This document shows, piece by piece, positions 10,101-28,100 of a DNA stretch of 64,000 bases. Under the pieces are notes generated by a model that was given only the letters and a program-made list of their open reading frames with translations, did not search any database and had not been told where the DNA came from. The position numbers were made by a program, and so were the translations under genes. The first letter of the stretch is position 1, and each line of letters begins with the position of its first letter. This stretch comes from Eledone cirrhosa (Eukaryota): contig OZ024741.1 of assembly GCA_964016885.1 (NCBI GenBank), positions 388,244,001-388,308,000 of the forward strand. The letters run 5' to 3'.

Positions 10101-13100
10101 CACACACCACACTGCCATACAACACTACCTTACACCACACAACCACACACCACACTGCCATACAACACTACCTCACACCACACTGCCATACAACACTACC
10201 TTACACCACACAACCTCACACCACACTGCCATACAACACTACCTTACACCACACAACCTCACACCACACTGCCATACAACACTACCTCACACCACACAAC
10301 CTCACACCACACTGCCATACAACACTACCTTACACCACAAAACCTCACACCACACTGCCATACAACACTAGCTTACACCACACAAACTCACACCACACTG
10401 CCATACAACACTACCTTACACCACACAACCACACACCACACTGCCATACAACACTACCTCACACCACACTGCCATACAACACTACCTTACACCACACAAA
10501 CACACACCACACTGCCATACAACACTACCTCACACCACACTGCCATACAACACTACCTTACACCACACAACCTCACACCACACTGCCATACAACACTACC
10601 TTACACCACACAACCTCACACCACACTGCCATACAACACTACCTCACACCACACTGCCATACAACACTAACTTACACCACACAACCTCACACCACACTGC
10701 CATACAACACTACCTCACACCACACTGCCATACAACACTACCTTACACCACACAACCTCACACCACACTGCCATACAACACTACCTCACACCACACTGCC
10801 ATACAACACTACCTTACACCACACAACCTCACACCACACTGCCATACAACACTACCTTACACCACAAAACCTCACACCACACTGCCATACAACACTACCT
10901 TACACCACACAACCTCACACCACACTGCCATACAACACTACCTCACACCACACTGCCATACAACACTACCTTACACCACACAACCTCACACCACACTGCC
11001 ATACAAGACTACCTTACACCACACTGCCATACAACACTACCTTACACCACACAACCTCACACCACACTGCCATACAACACTACCTTACACCACACAACCA
11101 CACACCACACTGCCATACAACACTACCTCACACCACACTGCCATACAACACTACCTTACACCACACAAACACACACCACACTGCCATACAACACTACCTC
11201 ACACCACACTGCCATACAACACTACCTTACACCACACAACCTCACACCACACTGCCATACAACACTACCTTACACCACACAACCTCACACCACACTGCCA
11301 TACAACACTACCTCACACCACACTGCCATACAACACTAACTTACACCACACAACCTCACACCACACTGCCATACAACACTACCTTACACCACACAACCTC
11401 ACACCACACTGCCATACAACACTACCTTACACCACACAACCTCACACCACACTGCCATACAACACTACCTTACACCACACAACCTCACACCACACTGCCA
11501 TACAACACTACCTTACACCACAAAACCTCACACCACACTGCCATACAACACTATCTTACACCACACAACCTCACACCACACTGCCATACAACACTACCTT
11601 ACACCACACAACCTCACACCCCACTGCCATACAACACTACCTTACACCACACAACCTCACACCACACTGCCATACAACACTACCTTACACCACAAAACCT
11701 CACACCACACTGACATACAACACTACCTTACACCACACAACCTCACACCACACTGCCATACAACACTACCTTACACCACACAACCTCACACCACTCTGCC
11801 ATACAACACTACCTTACACCACACAACCTCACACCACACTGCCATACAACACTACCTTACACCACACAACCTCACACCACACTGCCATACAACACTACCT
11901 TACACCACACAACCTCACACCACTCTGCCATACAACACTACCTTACACCACACAACCTCACACCACTCTGCCATACAACACTACCTTACACCACACAACC
12001 TCACACCACTCTGCCATACAACACTACCTTACACCACACAACCTCACACCACACTGCCATACAACACTACCTTACACCACACAACCTCACACCACTCTGC
12101 CATACAACACTACCTTACACCACACAACCTCACACCACTCTGCCATACAACACTACCTTACACCACACAACCTCACACCACTCTGCCATACAACACTACC
12201 TTACACCACACAACCTCACACCACACTGCCATACAACACTACCTTACACCACACAACCTCACACCACACTGCCATACAACACTACCTTACACCACACAAC
12301 CTCACACCACACTGCCATACAACACTAGCTTACACCACAAAATCTCACACCACACTGCCATACAACACTACCTTACACCACACAACCTCACACCATACTG
12401 CCATACAACACTACCTTACACCACACAACCTCACACCACTCTGCCATACAACACTACCTTACACCACACAACCTCACACCACACTGCCATACAACAGTAC
12501 CTTACACCACACAACCTCACACCACACTGCCATACAACACTACCTTACACCACACAACCTCACACCACACTGCCATACAACACTACCTTACACCACACAA
12601 CCTCACACCACACTGCCATACAACACTACCTTACACCACACAACCTCACACCACACTGCTATACAACACTACCTTACACCACACAACCTCACACCACACT
12701 GCCATACAACACTACCTTACACCACACAACCTCACACCACACTGCCATACAACACTACCTTACACCACACAACCTCACACCACTCTGCCATACAACACTA
12801 CCTTACACCACACAACCTCACATCACACTGCCATACAACACTACCTTACACCACACAACCTCACACCACACTGCCATACAACGCTACCTTACACCACACA
12901 ACCTCACACCACACTGCCATACAACACTACCTTACACCACACAACCTCACACCACTCTGCCATACAACACTACCTTACACCACACAACCTCACACCACAC
13001 TGCCATACAACACTACCTTACACCACACAACCTCACACCACACTGCCATACAACACTACCTTACACCACACAACCTCACACCACACTGCCATACAACACT

Positions 13101-16100
13101 ACCTTACACCACACAACCTCACACCACACTGCCATACAACACTACCTCACACCACACTGCCATACAACACTAACTTACACCACACAACCTCACACCACAC
13201 TGCCATACAACACTACCTTACACCACACAACCTCACACCACACTGCCATACAACACTACCTTACACCACACAACCTCACACCACACTGCCATACAACACT
13301 ACCTTACACCACACAACCTCACACCACACTGCCATACAACACTACCTTACACCACAAAACCTCACACCACACTGCCATACAACACTATCTTACACCACAC
13401 AACCTCACACCACACTGCCATACAACACTACCTTACACCACACAACCTCACACCCCACTGCCATACAACACTACCTTACACCACACAACCTCACACCACA
13501 CTGCCATACAACACTACCTTACACCACAAAACCTCACACCACACTGACATACAACACTACCTTACACCACACAACCTCACACCACACTGCCATACAACAC
13601 TACCTTACACCACACAACCTCACACCACTCTGCCATACAACACTACCTTACACCACACAACCTCACACCACACTGCCATACAACACTACCTTACACCACA
13701 CAACCTCACACCACACTGCCATACAACACTACCTTACACCACACAACCTCACACCACTCTGCCATACAACACTACCTTACACCACACAACCTCACACCAC
13801 TCTGCCATACAACACTACCTTACACCACACAACCTCACACCACTCTGCCATACAACACTACCTTACACCACACAACCTCACACCACACTGCCATACAACA
13901 CTACCTTACACCACACAACCTCACACCACTCTGCCATACAACACTACCTTACACCACACAACCTCACACCACTCTGCCATACAACACTACCTTACACCAC
14001 ACAACCTCACACCACTCTGCCATACAACACTACCTTACACCACACAACCTCACACCACACTGCCATACAACACTACCTTACACCACACTGCCATACAACA
14101 CTACCTTACACCACACAACCTCACACCACACTGCCATACAACACTAGCTTACACCACAAAATCTCACACCACACTGCCATACAACACTACCTTACACCAC
14201 ACAACCTCACACCATACTGCCATACAACACTACCTTACACCACACAACCTCACACCACTCTGCCATACAACACTACCTTACACCACACAACCTCACACCA
14301 CACTGCCATACAACAGTACCTTACACCACACAACCTCACACTACACTGCCATACAACACTACCTTACACCACACAACCTCACACCACACTGCCATACAAC
14401 ACTACCTTACACCACACAACCTCACACCACACTGCCATACAACACTACCTTACACCACACAACCTCACACCACACTGCTATACAACACTACCTTACACCA
14501 CACAACCTCACACCACACTGCCATACAACACTACCTTACACCACACAACCTCACACCACACTGCCATACAACACTACCTTACACCACACAACCTCACACC
14601 ACTCTGCCATACAACACTACCTTACACCACACAACCTCACATCACACTGCCATACAACACTACCTTACACCACACAACCTCACACCACACTGCCATACAA
14701 CGCTACCTTACACCACACAACCTCACACCACACTGCCATACAACACTACCTTACACCACACAACCTCACACCACTCTGCCATACAACACTACCTTACACC
14801 ACACAACCTCACACCACACTGCCATACAACACTACCTTACACCACACAACCTCACACCACACTGCCATACAACACTACCTTACACCACACAACCTCACAC
14901 CACACTGCCATACAACACTACCTTACACCACACAACCTCACACCACACTGCCATACAACACTACATTACACCACACAACCTCACACCACACTGCCATACA
15001 ACACTACCTTACACCACACAAACTCACACCACACTGCCATACAACACTACCTTACACCACACAACCTCACACCACACTGCCATACAACACTACCTTACAA
15101 AACACAACCTCACACCACACTGCCATACAACACTACCTTACACCACACAACCACACACCACACTGCCATACAACACTACCTCACACCACACTGCCATACA
15201 ACACTACCTTACACCACACAAACTCACACCACACTGCCATACAACACTACCTTACACCACACAACCTCACACCACACTGCCATACAACACTACCTTACAC
15301 AACAAAACCTCACACCACACTGCCATACAACACTACCTTACACCACACAAACTCACACCACACTGCCATACAACACTACCTTACACCACACAACCTCACA
15401 CCACACTGCCATACAACACTACCTTACACCACAAAACCTCACACCACACTGCCATACAACATTACCTTACACCACACAACCTCACACCACACTGCCATAC
15501 AACATTACCTTACACCACAAAACCTCACACCACACTGCCATACAACATTACCTTACACCACACAACCACACACCACACTGCCATACAACACTACCTTACA
15601 CCACACAACCTCACACCACACTGCCATACAACACTACCTTACACCACACAACCACACACCACTCTGCCATACAACACTACCTTACACCACACAACCACAC
15701 ACCACTCTGCCATACAACACTACCTTACACCACACAACCTCACACCACACTGCCATACAACACTACCTTACACCACACAACCTCACCTCACACTGCCATA
15801 CAACACTACCTTACACCACACAACCTCACACCACACTGCCATACAACACTACCTTACACCACACAACCACACACCACACTGCCATACAAAACTACCTCAC
15901 ACCACACTGCCATACAACACTAACTTACACCACACAACCTCACACCACACTGCCATACAACACTACCTTACACCACACAACCTCACACCACACTGCCATA
16001 CAACACTACCTTACACCACAGAACCTCACACCACACTGCCATACAACACTACCTTACACCACACAACCTCACACCACTCTGCCATACAACACTAACTTAC

Positions 16101-19100
16101 ACCACACAACCTCACACCACACTGCCATACAACACTACCTTACACAACAAAACCTCACACCCCACTGCCATACAACACTACCTTACACCACACAACCTCA
16201 CACCACTCTGCCATACACCACTACCTTACACCACACAACCTCACACCACACTGCCATACAACACTACCTTACACCACACAACCTCACACCACACTGCCAT
16301 ACAACACTACCTTACACCACACAACCTCACACCACACTGCCATACAACACTACCTTACACCACACAACCTCACACCACACCGCCATACAACACTAACTTA
16401 CACCACACAACCTCACACCACACTGCCATACAACACTACCTTACACCACACAACCTCACACCACACTGCCATACAACACTACCTTACACCACACAACCTC
16501 ACACCACACTGCCATACAACACTACCTTACACAACAAAACCTCACACCCCACTGCCATACAACACTACCTTACACCACACAACCTCACACCACTCTGCCA
16601 TACAACACTACCTTACACCACACAACCTCACACCACACTGCCATACAACACTACCTTACACCACACAACCTCACACCACACTGCCATACAACACTACCTT
16701 ACACCACACAACCTCACACCACACCGCCATACAACACTAACTTACACCACACAACCTCACACCACACTGCCATACAACACTACCTTACACCACACAACCT
16801 CACACCACACTGCCATACAACACTACCTTACACCACACAACCTCACACCACACTGCCATACAACACTACCTTACACCACACAACCTCACACCACACTGCC
16901 ATACAACACTACCTTACACCACACAACCTCACACCACACTGCCATACAACACTACCTTACACCACAGAACCTCACACCACACTGCCATACAACACTACCT
17001 TACACAACAAAACCTCACACCACACTGCCATACAACACTACCTTACATCACACAACCACACACCACTCTGCCATACAACACTACCTTACACCACACAACC
17101 ACACACCACACTGCCATACAACACTACCTCACACCACACAACCTCACACCACACTGCCATACAACACTAACTTACACCACACAACCTCACACCACACTGC
17201 CATACAACACTACCCTACACCACACAACCTCACACCCCACTGCCATACAACACTACCTTACACCACACAACCTCACACCACACTGCCATACAACACTACC
17301 TTACACCACACAACCTCACACCACACTGCCATACAACACTACCTTACACCACACAACCACACACCACTCTGCCATACAACGCTACCTTACACCACACAAC
17401 CTCACACCACACTGCCATACAACACTACCTTACACCACACAACCTCACACCACACTGCCATACAACACTACCTTACACCACACAACCTCACACCACACTG
17501 CCATACAACACTACCTCACACCACACTGCCATGCAACACTACCTTACACCACACTGCCATACAACACTACCTCACACCACACTGCCATACAACACTACCT
17601 CACACCACACTGCCATACAACACTACCTTACACCACACAACCTCACACCACACTGCCATACAACACTACCTTACACCACACAACCACACACCACTCTGCC
17701 ATACAATGCTACCTTACACCACACAACCTCACACCACACTGCCAAACAACACTACCTTACACCACACAACCTCACACCACTCTGCCATACAACACTACCT
17801 TACACCACACAACCTCACACCACTCTGCCATACAACACTACCTTACACCACACAACCTCACACCACACTGCCATACAACACTACCTTACACCACACAACC
17901 ACACACCACACTGCCATACAACACTACCTCACACCACACAACCTCACACCACACTGCCATACAACACTAACTTACACCACACAACCTCACACCACACTGC
18001 CATACAACACTACCTTACACCACACAACCTCACCCCACACTGCCATACAACACTACCTTACACCACACAACCTCACACCACTCTGCCATACAACACTACC
18101 TTACACCACACAACCTCACACCACTCTGCCATACAACACTACCTTACACCACACAACCTCACACCATACTGCCATACAACACTACCTTACACCACACAAC
18201 CTCACACCACACTGCCATACAACACTACCTTACACCACACAACCTCACACCACACTGCCATACAACACTACCTTACACCACACAACCTCACACCACACTG
18301 CCATACAACACTATCTTACACCACAAAACCTCACACCACACTGCCATACAACAGTACCTTACACCACACAACCTCACACCACACTGCCATACAACACTAC
18401 CTTACACCACACAACCTCACACCACACTGCCATACAACACTACCTTACACCACACAACCTCACACCACACTGCCATACAACACTACCTTACACCACACAA
18501 CCTCACACCACACTGCCATACAACACTACCTTACACCACACAACCACACACCACTCTGCCATACAACGCTACCTTACACCACACAACCTCACACCACACT
18601 GCCATACAACACTACCTTACACCACACAACCTCACACCACTCTGCCATACAACACTACCTTACACCACACAACCTCACACCACACTGCCATACAACACTA
18701 CCTTACACCACACAACCTCACACCACACTGCCATACAACACTACCTTACACCACACAACCTCACACCACACTGCCATACAACACTACCTTACACCACACA
18801 ACCTCACACCACACTGCCATACAACACTACCTTACACCACACAACCTCACACCACACTGCCATACAACACTACCTTACACCACACAAACTCACACCACAC
18901 TGCCATACAACACTACCTTACACCACACAACCTCACACCACACTGCCATACAACACTACCTTACACCACACAACCTCACACCACACTGCCATACAACACT
19001 ACCTTACACCACACAACCACACACCACACTGCCATACAACACTACCTCACACCACACTGCCATACAACACTACCTTACACCACACAAACTCACACCACAC

Positions 19101-22100
19101 TGCCATACAACACTACCTTACACCACACAACCTCACACCACACTGCCATACAACACTACCTTACACAACAAAACCTCACACCACACTGCCATACAACACT
19201 ACCTTACACCACACAAACTCACACCACACTGCCATACAACACTACCTTACACCACACAACCTCACACCACACTGCCATACAACACTACCTTACACCACAC
19301 AACCTCACACCACACTGCCATACAACATTACCTTACACCACACAAACTCACACCACACTGCCATACAACACTACCTTACACCACACAACCTCACACCACA
19401 CTGCCATACAACACTACCTTACACAACAAAACCTCACACCACACTGCCATACAACACTACCTTACACCACAAAACCTCACACCACACTGCCATACAACAT
19501 TACCTTACACCACACAACCTCACACCACACTGCCATACAACACTACCTTACACCACACAACCTCACACCACACTGCCATACAACACTACGTTACACCACA
19601 CAACCTCACACCACACTGCCATACAACACTACCTTACACCACACAACCACACACCACTCTGCCATACAACACTACCTTACACCACACAACCACACACCAC
19701 ACTGCCATACAAAACTACCTCACACCACACTGCCATACAACACTACCTTACACAACAAAACCTCACACCCCACTGCCATACAACACTACCTTACACCACA
19801 CAACCTCACACCACTCTGCCATACAACACTACCTTACACCACACAACCTCACACCACACTGCCATACAACACTACCTTACACCACACAACCTCACACCAC
19901 ACCGCCATACAACACTAACTTACACCACACAACCTCACACCACACTGCCATACAACACTACCTTACACAACAAAACCTCACACCACACTGCCATACAACA
20001 CTACCTTACATCACACAACCTCACACCACACTGCCATACAACACTACCTTACACCACACAACCACACACCACTCTGCCATACAACACTACCTTACACCAC
20101 ACAACCACACACCACACTGCCATACAACACTACCTCACACCACACAACCTCACACCACACTGCCATACAACACTAACTTACACCACACAACCTCACACCA
20201 CACTGCCATACAACACTACCCTACACCACACAACCTCACACCCCACTGCCATACAACACTACCTTACACCACACAACCTCACACCACACTGCCATACAAC
20301 ACTACCTTACACCACACAACCTCACACCACACTGCCATACAACACTACCTTACACCACACAACCACACACCACTCTGCCATACAACGCTACCTTACACCA
20401 CACAACCTCACACCACACTGCCATACAACACTACCTTACACCACAGAACCTCACACCACACTGCCATACAACACTATCTTACACCACAAAACCTCACACC
20501 ACACTGCCATACAACACTACCTTACACCACACAACCTCACACCACTCTGCCATACAACACTACCTTACACCACACAACCTCACACCACTCTGCCATACAA
20601 CACTACCTTACACCACACAACCTCACACCACACTGCCATACAACACTACCTTACACCACACAACCACACACCACACTGCCATACAACACTACCTCACACC
20701 ACACAACCTCACACCACACTGCCATACAACACTAACTTACACCACACAACCTCACACCACACTGCCATACAACACTACCTTACACCACACAACCTCACAC
20801 CACACTGCCATACAACACTACCTTACACCACACAACCTCACACCACTCTGCCATACAACACTACCTTACACCACACAACCACACACCACTCTGCCATACA
20901 ACGCTACCTTACACCACACAACCTCACACCACACTGCCATACAACACTACCTTACACCACAGAACCTCACACCACACTGCCATACAACACTATCTTACAC
21001 CACAAAACCTCACACCACACTGCCATACAACACTACCTTACACCACACAACCTCACACCACTCTGCCATACAACACTACCTTACACCACACAACCTCACA
21101 CCACTCTGCCATACAACACTACCTTACACCACACAACCTCACACCACACTGCCATACAACACTACCTTACACCACACAACCACACACCACACTGCCATAC
21201 AACACTACCTCACACCACACAACCTCACACCACACTGCCATACAACACTAACTTACACCACACAACCTCACACCACACTGCCATACAACACTACCTTACA
21301 CCACACAACCTCACACCACACTGCCATACAACACTACCTTACACCACACAACCTCACACCACTCTGCCATACAACACTACCTTACACCACACAACCTCAC
21401 ACCACTCTGCCATACAACACTACCTTACACCACACAACCTCACACCATACTGCCATACAACACTACCTTACACCACACAACCTCACACCACACTGCCATA
21501 CAACACTACCTTACACCACACAACCTCACACCACACTGCCATACAACACTACCTTACACCACACAACCTCACACCACACTGCCATACAACACTATCTTAC
21601 ACCACAAAACCTCACACCACACTGCCATACAACACTACCTTACACCACACAACCTCACACCACACTGCCATACAACACTACCTTACACCACACAACCTCA
21701 CACCACACTGCCATACAACACTACCTTACACCACACAACCTCACACCACACTGCCATACAACACTACCTTACACCACAAAACCTCACACCACTCTGCCAT
21801 ACAACACTACCTTACACCACACAACCTCACACCACACTGCCATACAACAGTACCTTACACCACACAACCTCACACCACACTGCCATACAACACTACCTTA
21901 CACCACACAACCTCACACCACACTGCCATACAACACTACCTTACACCACACAACCTCACACCACACTGCCATACAACACTACCTTACACCACACAACCTC
22001 ACACCACACTGCCATACAACACTACCTTACACCACACAACCACACACCACTCTGCCATACAACGCTACCTTACACCACACAACCTCACACCACACTGCCA

Positions 22101-25100
22101 TACAACACTACCTTACACCACACAACCTCACACCACTCTGCCATACAACACTACCTTACACCACACAACCTCACACCACACTGCCATACAACACTACCTT
22201 ACACCACACAACCTCACACCACACTGCCATACAACACTACCTTACACCACACAACCTCACACCACACTGCCATACAACACTACCTTACACCACACAACCT
22301 CACACCACACTGCCATACAACACTACCTTACACCACACAACCTCACACCACACTGCCATACAACACTACCTTACACCACACAAACTCACACCACACTGCC
22401 ATACAACACTACCTTACACCACACAACCTCACACCACACTGCCATACAACACTACCTTACACCACACAACCTCACACCACACTGCCATACAACACTACCT
22501 TACACCACACAACCACACACCACACTGCCATACAACACTACCTCACACCACACTGCCATACAACACTACCTTACACCACACAAACTCACACCACACTGCC
22601 ATACAACACTACCTTACACCACACAACCTCACACCACACTGCCATACAACACTACCTTACACAACAAAACCTCACACCACACTGCCATACAACACTACCT
22701 TACACCACACAAACTCACACCACACTGCCATACAACACTACCTTACACCACACAACCTCACACCACACTGCCATACAACACTACCTTACACCACAAAACC
22801 TCACACCACACTGCCATACAACATTACCTTACACCACACAACCTCACACCACACTGCCATACAACACTACCTTACACCACACAACCTCACACCACACTGC
22901 CATACAACACTACCTTACACCACACAACCTCACACCACACTGCCATACAACACTACCTTACACCACACAACCACACACCACTCTGCCATACAACACTACC
23001 TTACACCACACAACCACACACCACACTGCCATACAAAACTACCTCACACCACACTGCCATACAACACTACCTTACACCACAGAACCTCACACCACACTGC
23101 CATACAACACTACCTTACACCACACAACCTCACACCACTCTGCCATACAACACTAACTTACACCACACAACCTCACACCACACTGCCATACAACACTACC
23201 TTACACAACAAAACCTCACACCCCACTGCCATACAACACTACCTTACACCACACAACCTCACACCACTCTGCCATACAACACTACCTTACACCACACAAC
23301 CTCACACCACACTGCCATACAACACTACCTTACACCACACAACCTCACACCACACTGCCATACAACACTACCTTACACCACACAACCTCACACCACACCG
23401 CCATACAACACTAACTTACACCACACAACCTCACACCACACTGCCATACAACACTACCTTACACCACACAACCACACACCACACTGCCATACAACACTAC
23501 CTCACACCACACAACCTCACACCACACTGCCATACAACACTAACTTACACCACACAACCTCACACCACACTGCCATACAACACTACCCTACACCACACAA
23601 CCTCACACCACACTGCCATACAACACTACCTTACACCACACAACCTCACACCACACTGCCATACAACACTACCTTACACCACACAACCTCACACCACACT
23701 GCCATACAACACTACCTTACACCACACAACCACACACCACTCTGCCATACAACGCTACCTTACACCACACACCCTCACACCACACTGCCATACAACACTA
23801 CCTTACACCACACAACCTCACACCACACTGCCATACAACACTACCTTACACCACACAACCTCACACCACACTGCCATACAACACTACCTCACACCACACT
23901 GCCATACAACACTACCTTACACCACACTGCCATACAACACTACCTCACACCACACTGCCATACAACACTACCTCACACCACACTGCCATACAACACTACC
24001 TTACACCACACAACCTCACACCACACTGCCATACAACACTACCTTACACCACACAACCACACACCACTCTGCCATACAACGCTACCTTACACCACACAAC
24101 CACACACCACTCTGCCATACACCGCTACCTTACACCACACAACCACACACCACTCTGCCATACAACGCTACCTTACACCACACAACCTCACACCACACTG
24201 CCATACAACACTACCTTACACCACACAACCTCACACCACACTGCCATACAACACTACCTTACACCACAAAACCTCACACCACACTGCCATACAACACTAC
24301 CTTACACCACACAACCTCACACCACTCTGCCATACAACACTACCTTACACCACACAACCTCACACCATACTGCCATACAACACTACCTTACACCACACAA
24401 CCTCACACCACACTGCCATACAACACTACCTTACACCACACAACCTCACACCACACTTCCATACAACACTACCTTACACCACACAACCTCACACCACACT
24501 GCCATACAACACTACCTTACACCACAAAACCTCACACCACACTGCCATACAACACTACCTTACACCACACAACCTCACACCACACTGCCATACAACACTA
24601 CCTTACACCACACAACCTCACACCACACTGCCAAACAACACTACCTTACACCACAAAACCTCACACCACTCTGCCATACAACACTACCTTACACCACACA
24701 ACCTCACACCATACTGCCATACAACACTACCTTACACCACACAACCTCACACCACACTGCCATACAACACTACCTTACACCACACAACCTCACACCACAC
24801 TGCCATACAACACTACCTTACACCACACAACCTCACACCACACTGCCATACAACACTACCTTACACCACACAACCTCACACCACACTGCCATACAACACT
24901 ACCTTACACCACAAAACCTCACACCACTCTGCCATACAACACTACCTTACACCACACAACCTCACACCACACTGCCATACAACACTACCTTACACCACAC
25001 AACCTCACACCACACTGCCATACAACACTACCTTACACCACACAACCTCACACCACACTGCCATACAACACTACCTTACACCACACAACCTCACACCACA

Positions 25101-28100
25101 CTGCCATACAACACTACCTTACACCACACAACCTCACACCACACTGCCATACAACACTACCTTACACCACACAACCTCACAGCACACTGCCATACAACAC
25201 TACCTTACACCACAAAACCTCACACCACACTGCCATACAACACTACCTTACACCACACAACCTCACACCACACTGCCATACAACACTACCTTACACCACA
25301 CAACCTCACACCACTCTGCCATACAACACTACCTTACAACACACAACCTCACACCACTCTGCCATACAACACTACCTTACACCACACAAACTCACACCAC
25401 ACTGCCATACAACACTACCTTACACCACACAACCTCACACCACTCTGCCATACAACACTACCTTACACCACACAACCTCACACCACTCTGCCATACAACA
25501 CTACCTTACAACACACAACCTCACACCACTCTGCCATACAACACTACCTTACACCACACAAACTCACACCACACTGCCATACAACACTACCTTACACCAC
25601 ACAACCTCACACCACTCTGCCATACAACACTACCTTACACCACACAACCTCACACCACTCTGCCATACAACACTACCTTACAACACACAACCTCACACCA
25701 CTCTGCCATACAACACTAACTTACACCACACAAACTCACACCACACTGCCATACAACACTACCTTACACCACACAACCTCACACCACTCTGCCATACAAC
25801 ACTACCTTACAACACACAACCTCACACCACTCTGCCATACAACACTACCTTACACCACACAACCTCACACCATACTGCCATACAACACTACCTTACACCA
25901 CACAACCTCACACCACACTGCCATACAACACTACCTTACACCACACAACCTCACACCACACTGCCATACAACACTACCTTACACCACACAACCTCACACC
26001 ACACTGCCATACAACACTACCTTACACCACACAACCTCACACCACACTGCCATACAACACTACCTTACACCACACAACCTCACACCACTCTGCCATACAA
26101 CACTACCTTACAACACACAACCTCACACCACTCTGCCATACAACACTACCTTACACCACACAAACTCACACCACACTGCCATACAACACTACCTTACACC
26201 ACAAAACCTCACACCACACTGCCATACAACACTACCTTACACCACACAACCTCACACCACACTGCCATACAACACTACCTTACACCACACAACCTCACAC
26301 CACACTGCCATACAACACTACCTTACACCACACAACCTCACACCACACTGCCATACAACACTACCTTACACCACACAACCTCACACCACACTGCCATACA
26401 ACACTACCTTACACCACACAACCTCACACCACTCTGCCATACAACACTACCTTACACCACACAACCTCACACCATACTGCCATACAACACTACCTTACAC
26501 CACACAACCTCACACCACACTGCCATACAACACTACCTTACACCACACAACCTCACACCACACTGCCATACAACACTACCCTACACCACACAACCTCACA
26601 CCACACTGCCATACAACACTACCTTACACCACACAACCTCACACCACACTGCCATACAACACTACCTTACGCCACACAACCTCACACCACTCTGCCATAC
26701 AACACTACCTTACACCACACAACCTCACACCATACTGCCATACAACACTACCTTACACCACACAACCTCACACCACTCTGCCATACAACACTACCTTACA
26801 CCACACAACCACACACCACACTGCCATACAACACTACCTTACACCACACAACCTCACACCACACTGCCATACAACACTACCTTACACCACACAAACTCAC
26901 ACCACACTGCCATACAACACTACCTTACACCACACAACCACACACCACACTGCCATACAACACTACCTCACAGCACACTGCCATACAACACTACCTTACA
27001 CCACACAAACTCACACCACACTGCCATACAACACTACCTTACACCACACAACCTCACACCACACTGCCATACAACACTACCTTACACCACACTGCCATAC
27101 AACACTACCTCACACCACTCTGCCATACAACACTACCTTACACAACAAAACCTCACACCACACTGCCATACAACACTATCTTACACCACACAAACTCACA
27201 CCATACTGACATACAACACTACCTTACACCACACAACCTCACACCACACTGCCATACAACACTACCTTACACCACACAACCTCACACCACTCTGCCATAC
27301 AACACTACCTTACACCACACAACCTCACACCACTCTGCCATACAACACTAACTTACACCACACAACCTCACACCACACTGCCATACAACACTACCTTACA
27401 CCACACAACCTCACACCACACTGCCATACAACACTACCTTACACCACACAACCTCACACCACTCTGCCATACAACACTACCTTACACCACACAACCTCAC
27501 ACCACACTGCCATACAACACTACCTTACACCACAAAATCTCACACCATACTGCCATACAACACTACCTTACACCACACAACCTCACACCACTCTGCCATA
27601 CAACACTACCTTACACCACACAACCTCACACCACACTGCCATATAACACTAACTTACACGACAAAACCTCACACCACACTGCCATACAACACTACCTTAC
27701 ACCACACAACCTCACACCACACTGCCATACAACACTACCTTACACCACAAAATCTCACACCATACTGCCATACAACACTACCTTACACCACACAACCTCA
27801 CACCACACTGCCATACAACACTACCTTACACCACACAACCTCACACCACACTGCCATACAACACTACCTTACACCACACAACCTCACACCACACTGCCAT
27901 ACAACACTACCTTACACCACACAACCTCACACCACACTGCCATACAACACTACCTTACACCACACAACCTCACACCACTCTGCCATACAACACTACCTTA
28001 CACCACACAACCTCACACCACACTGCCATACAGCACTACCTTACACCACACAACCTCACACCACACTGCCATACAATACTACCACACACCACACTGCCAT

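Noticed and set aside
7125-20735. Long ORFs (442-1494 aa) encoding His/Thr/Pro-rich repeats
   Set aside because: The repeat strand lacks stop codons in all frames. Overlapping frames give the same peptide, starts come from flanking sequence or chance variants, and stop-creating variants (CTAAC, CTAGC, CTGAC) are freely tolerated. Not credible genes.
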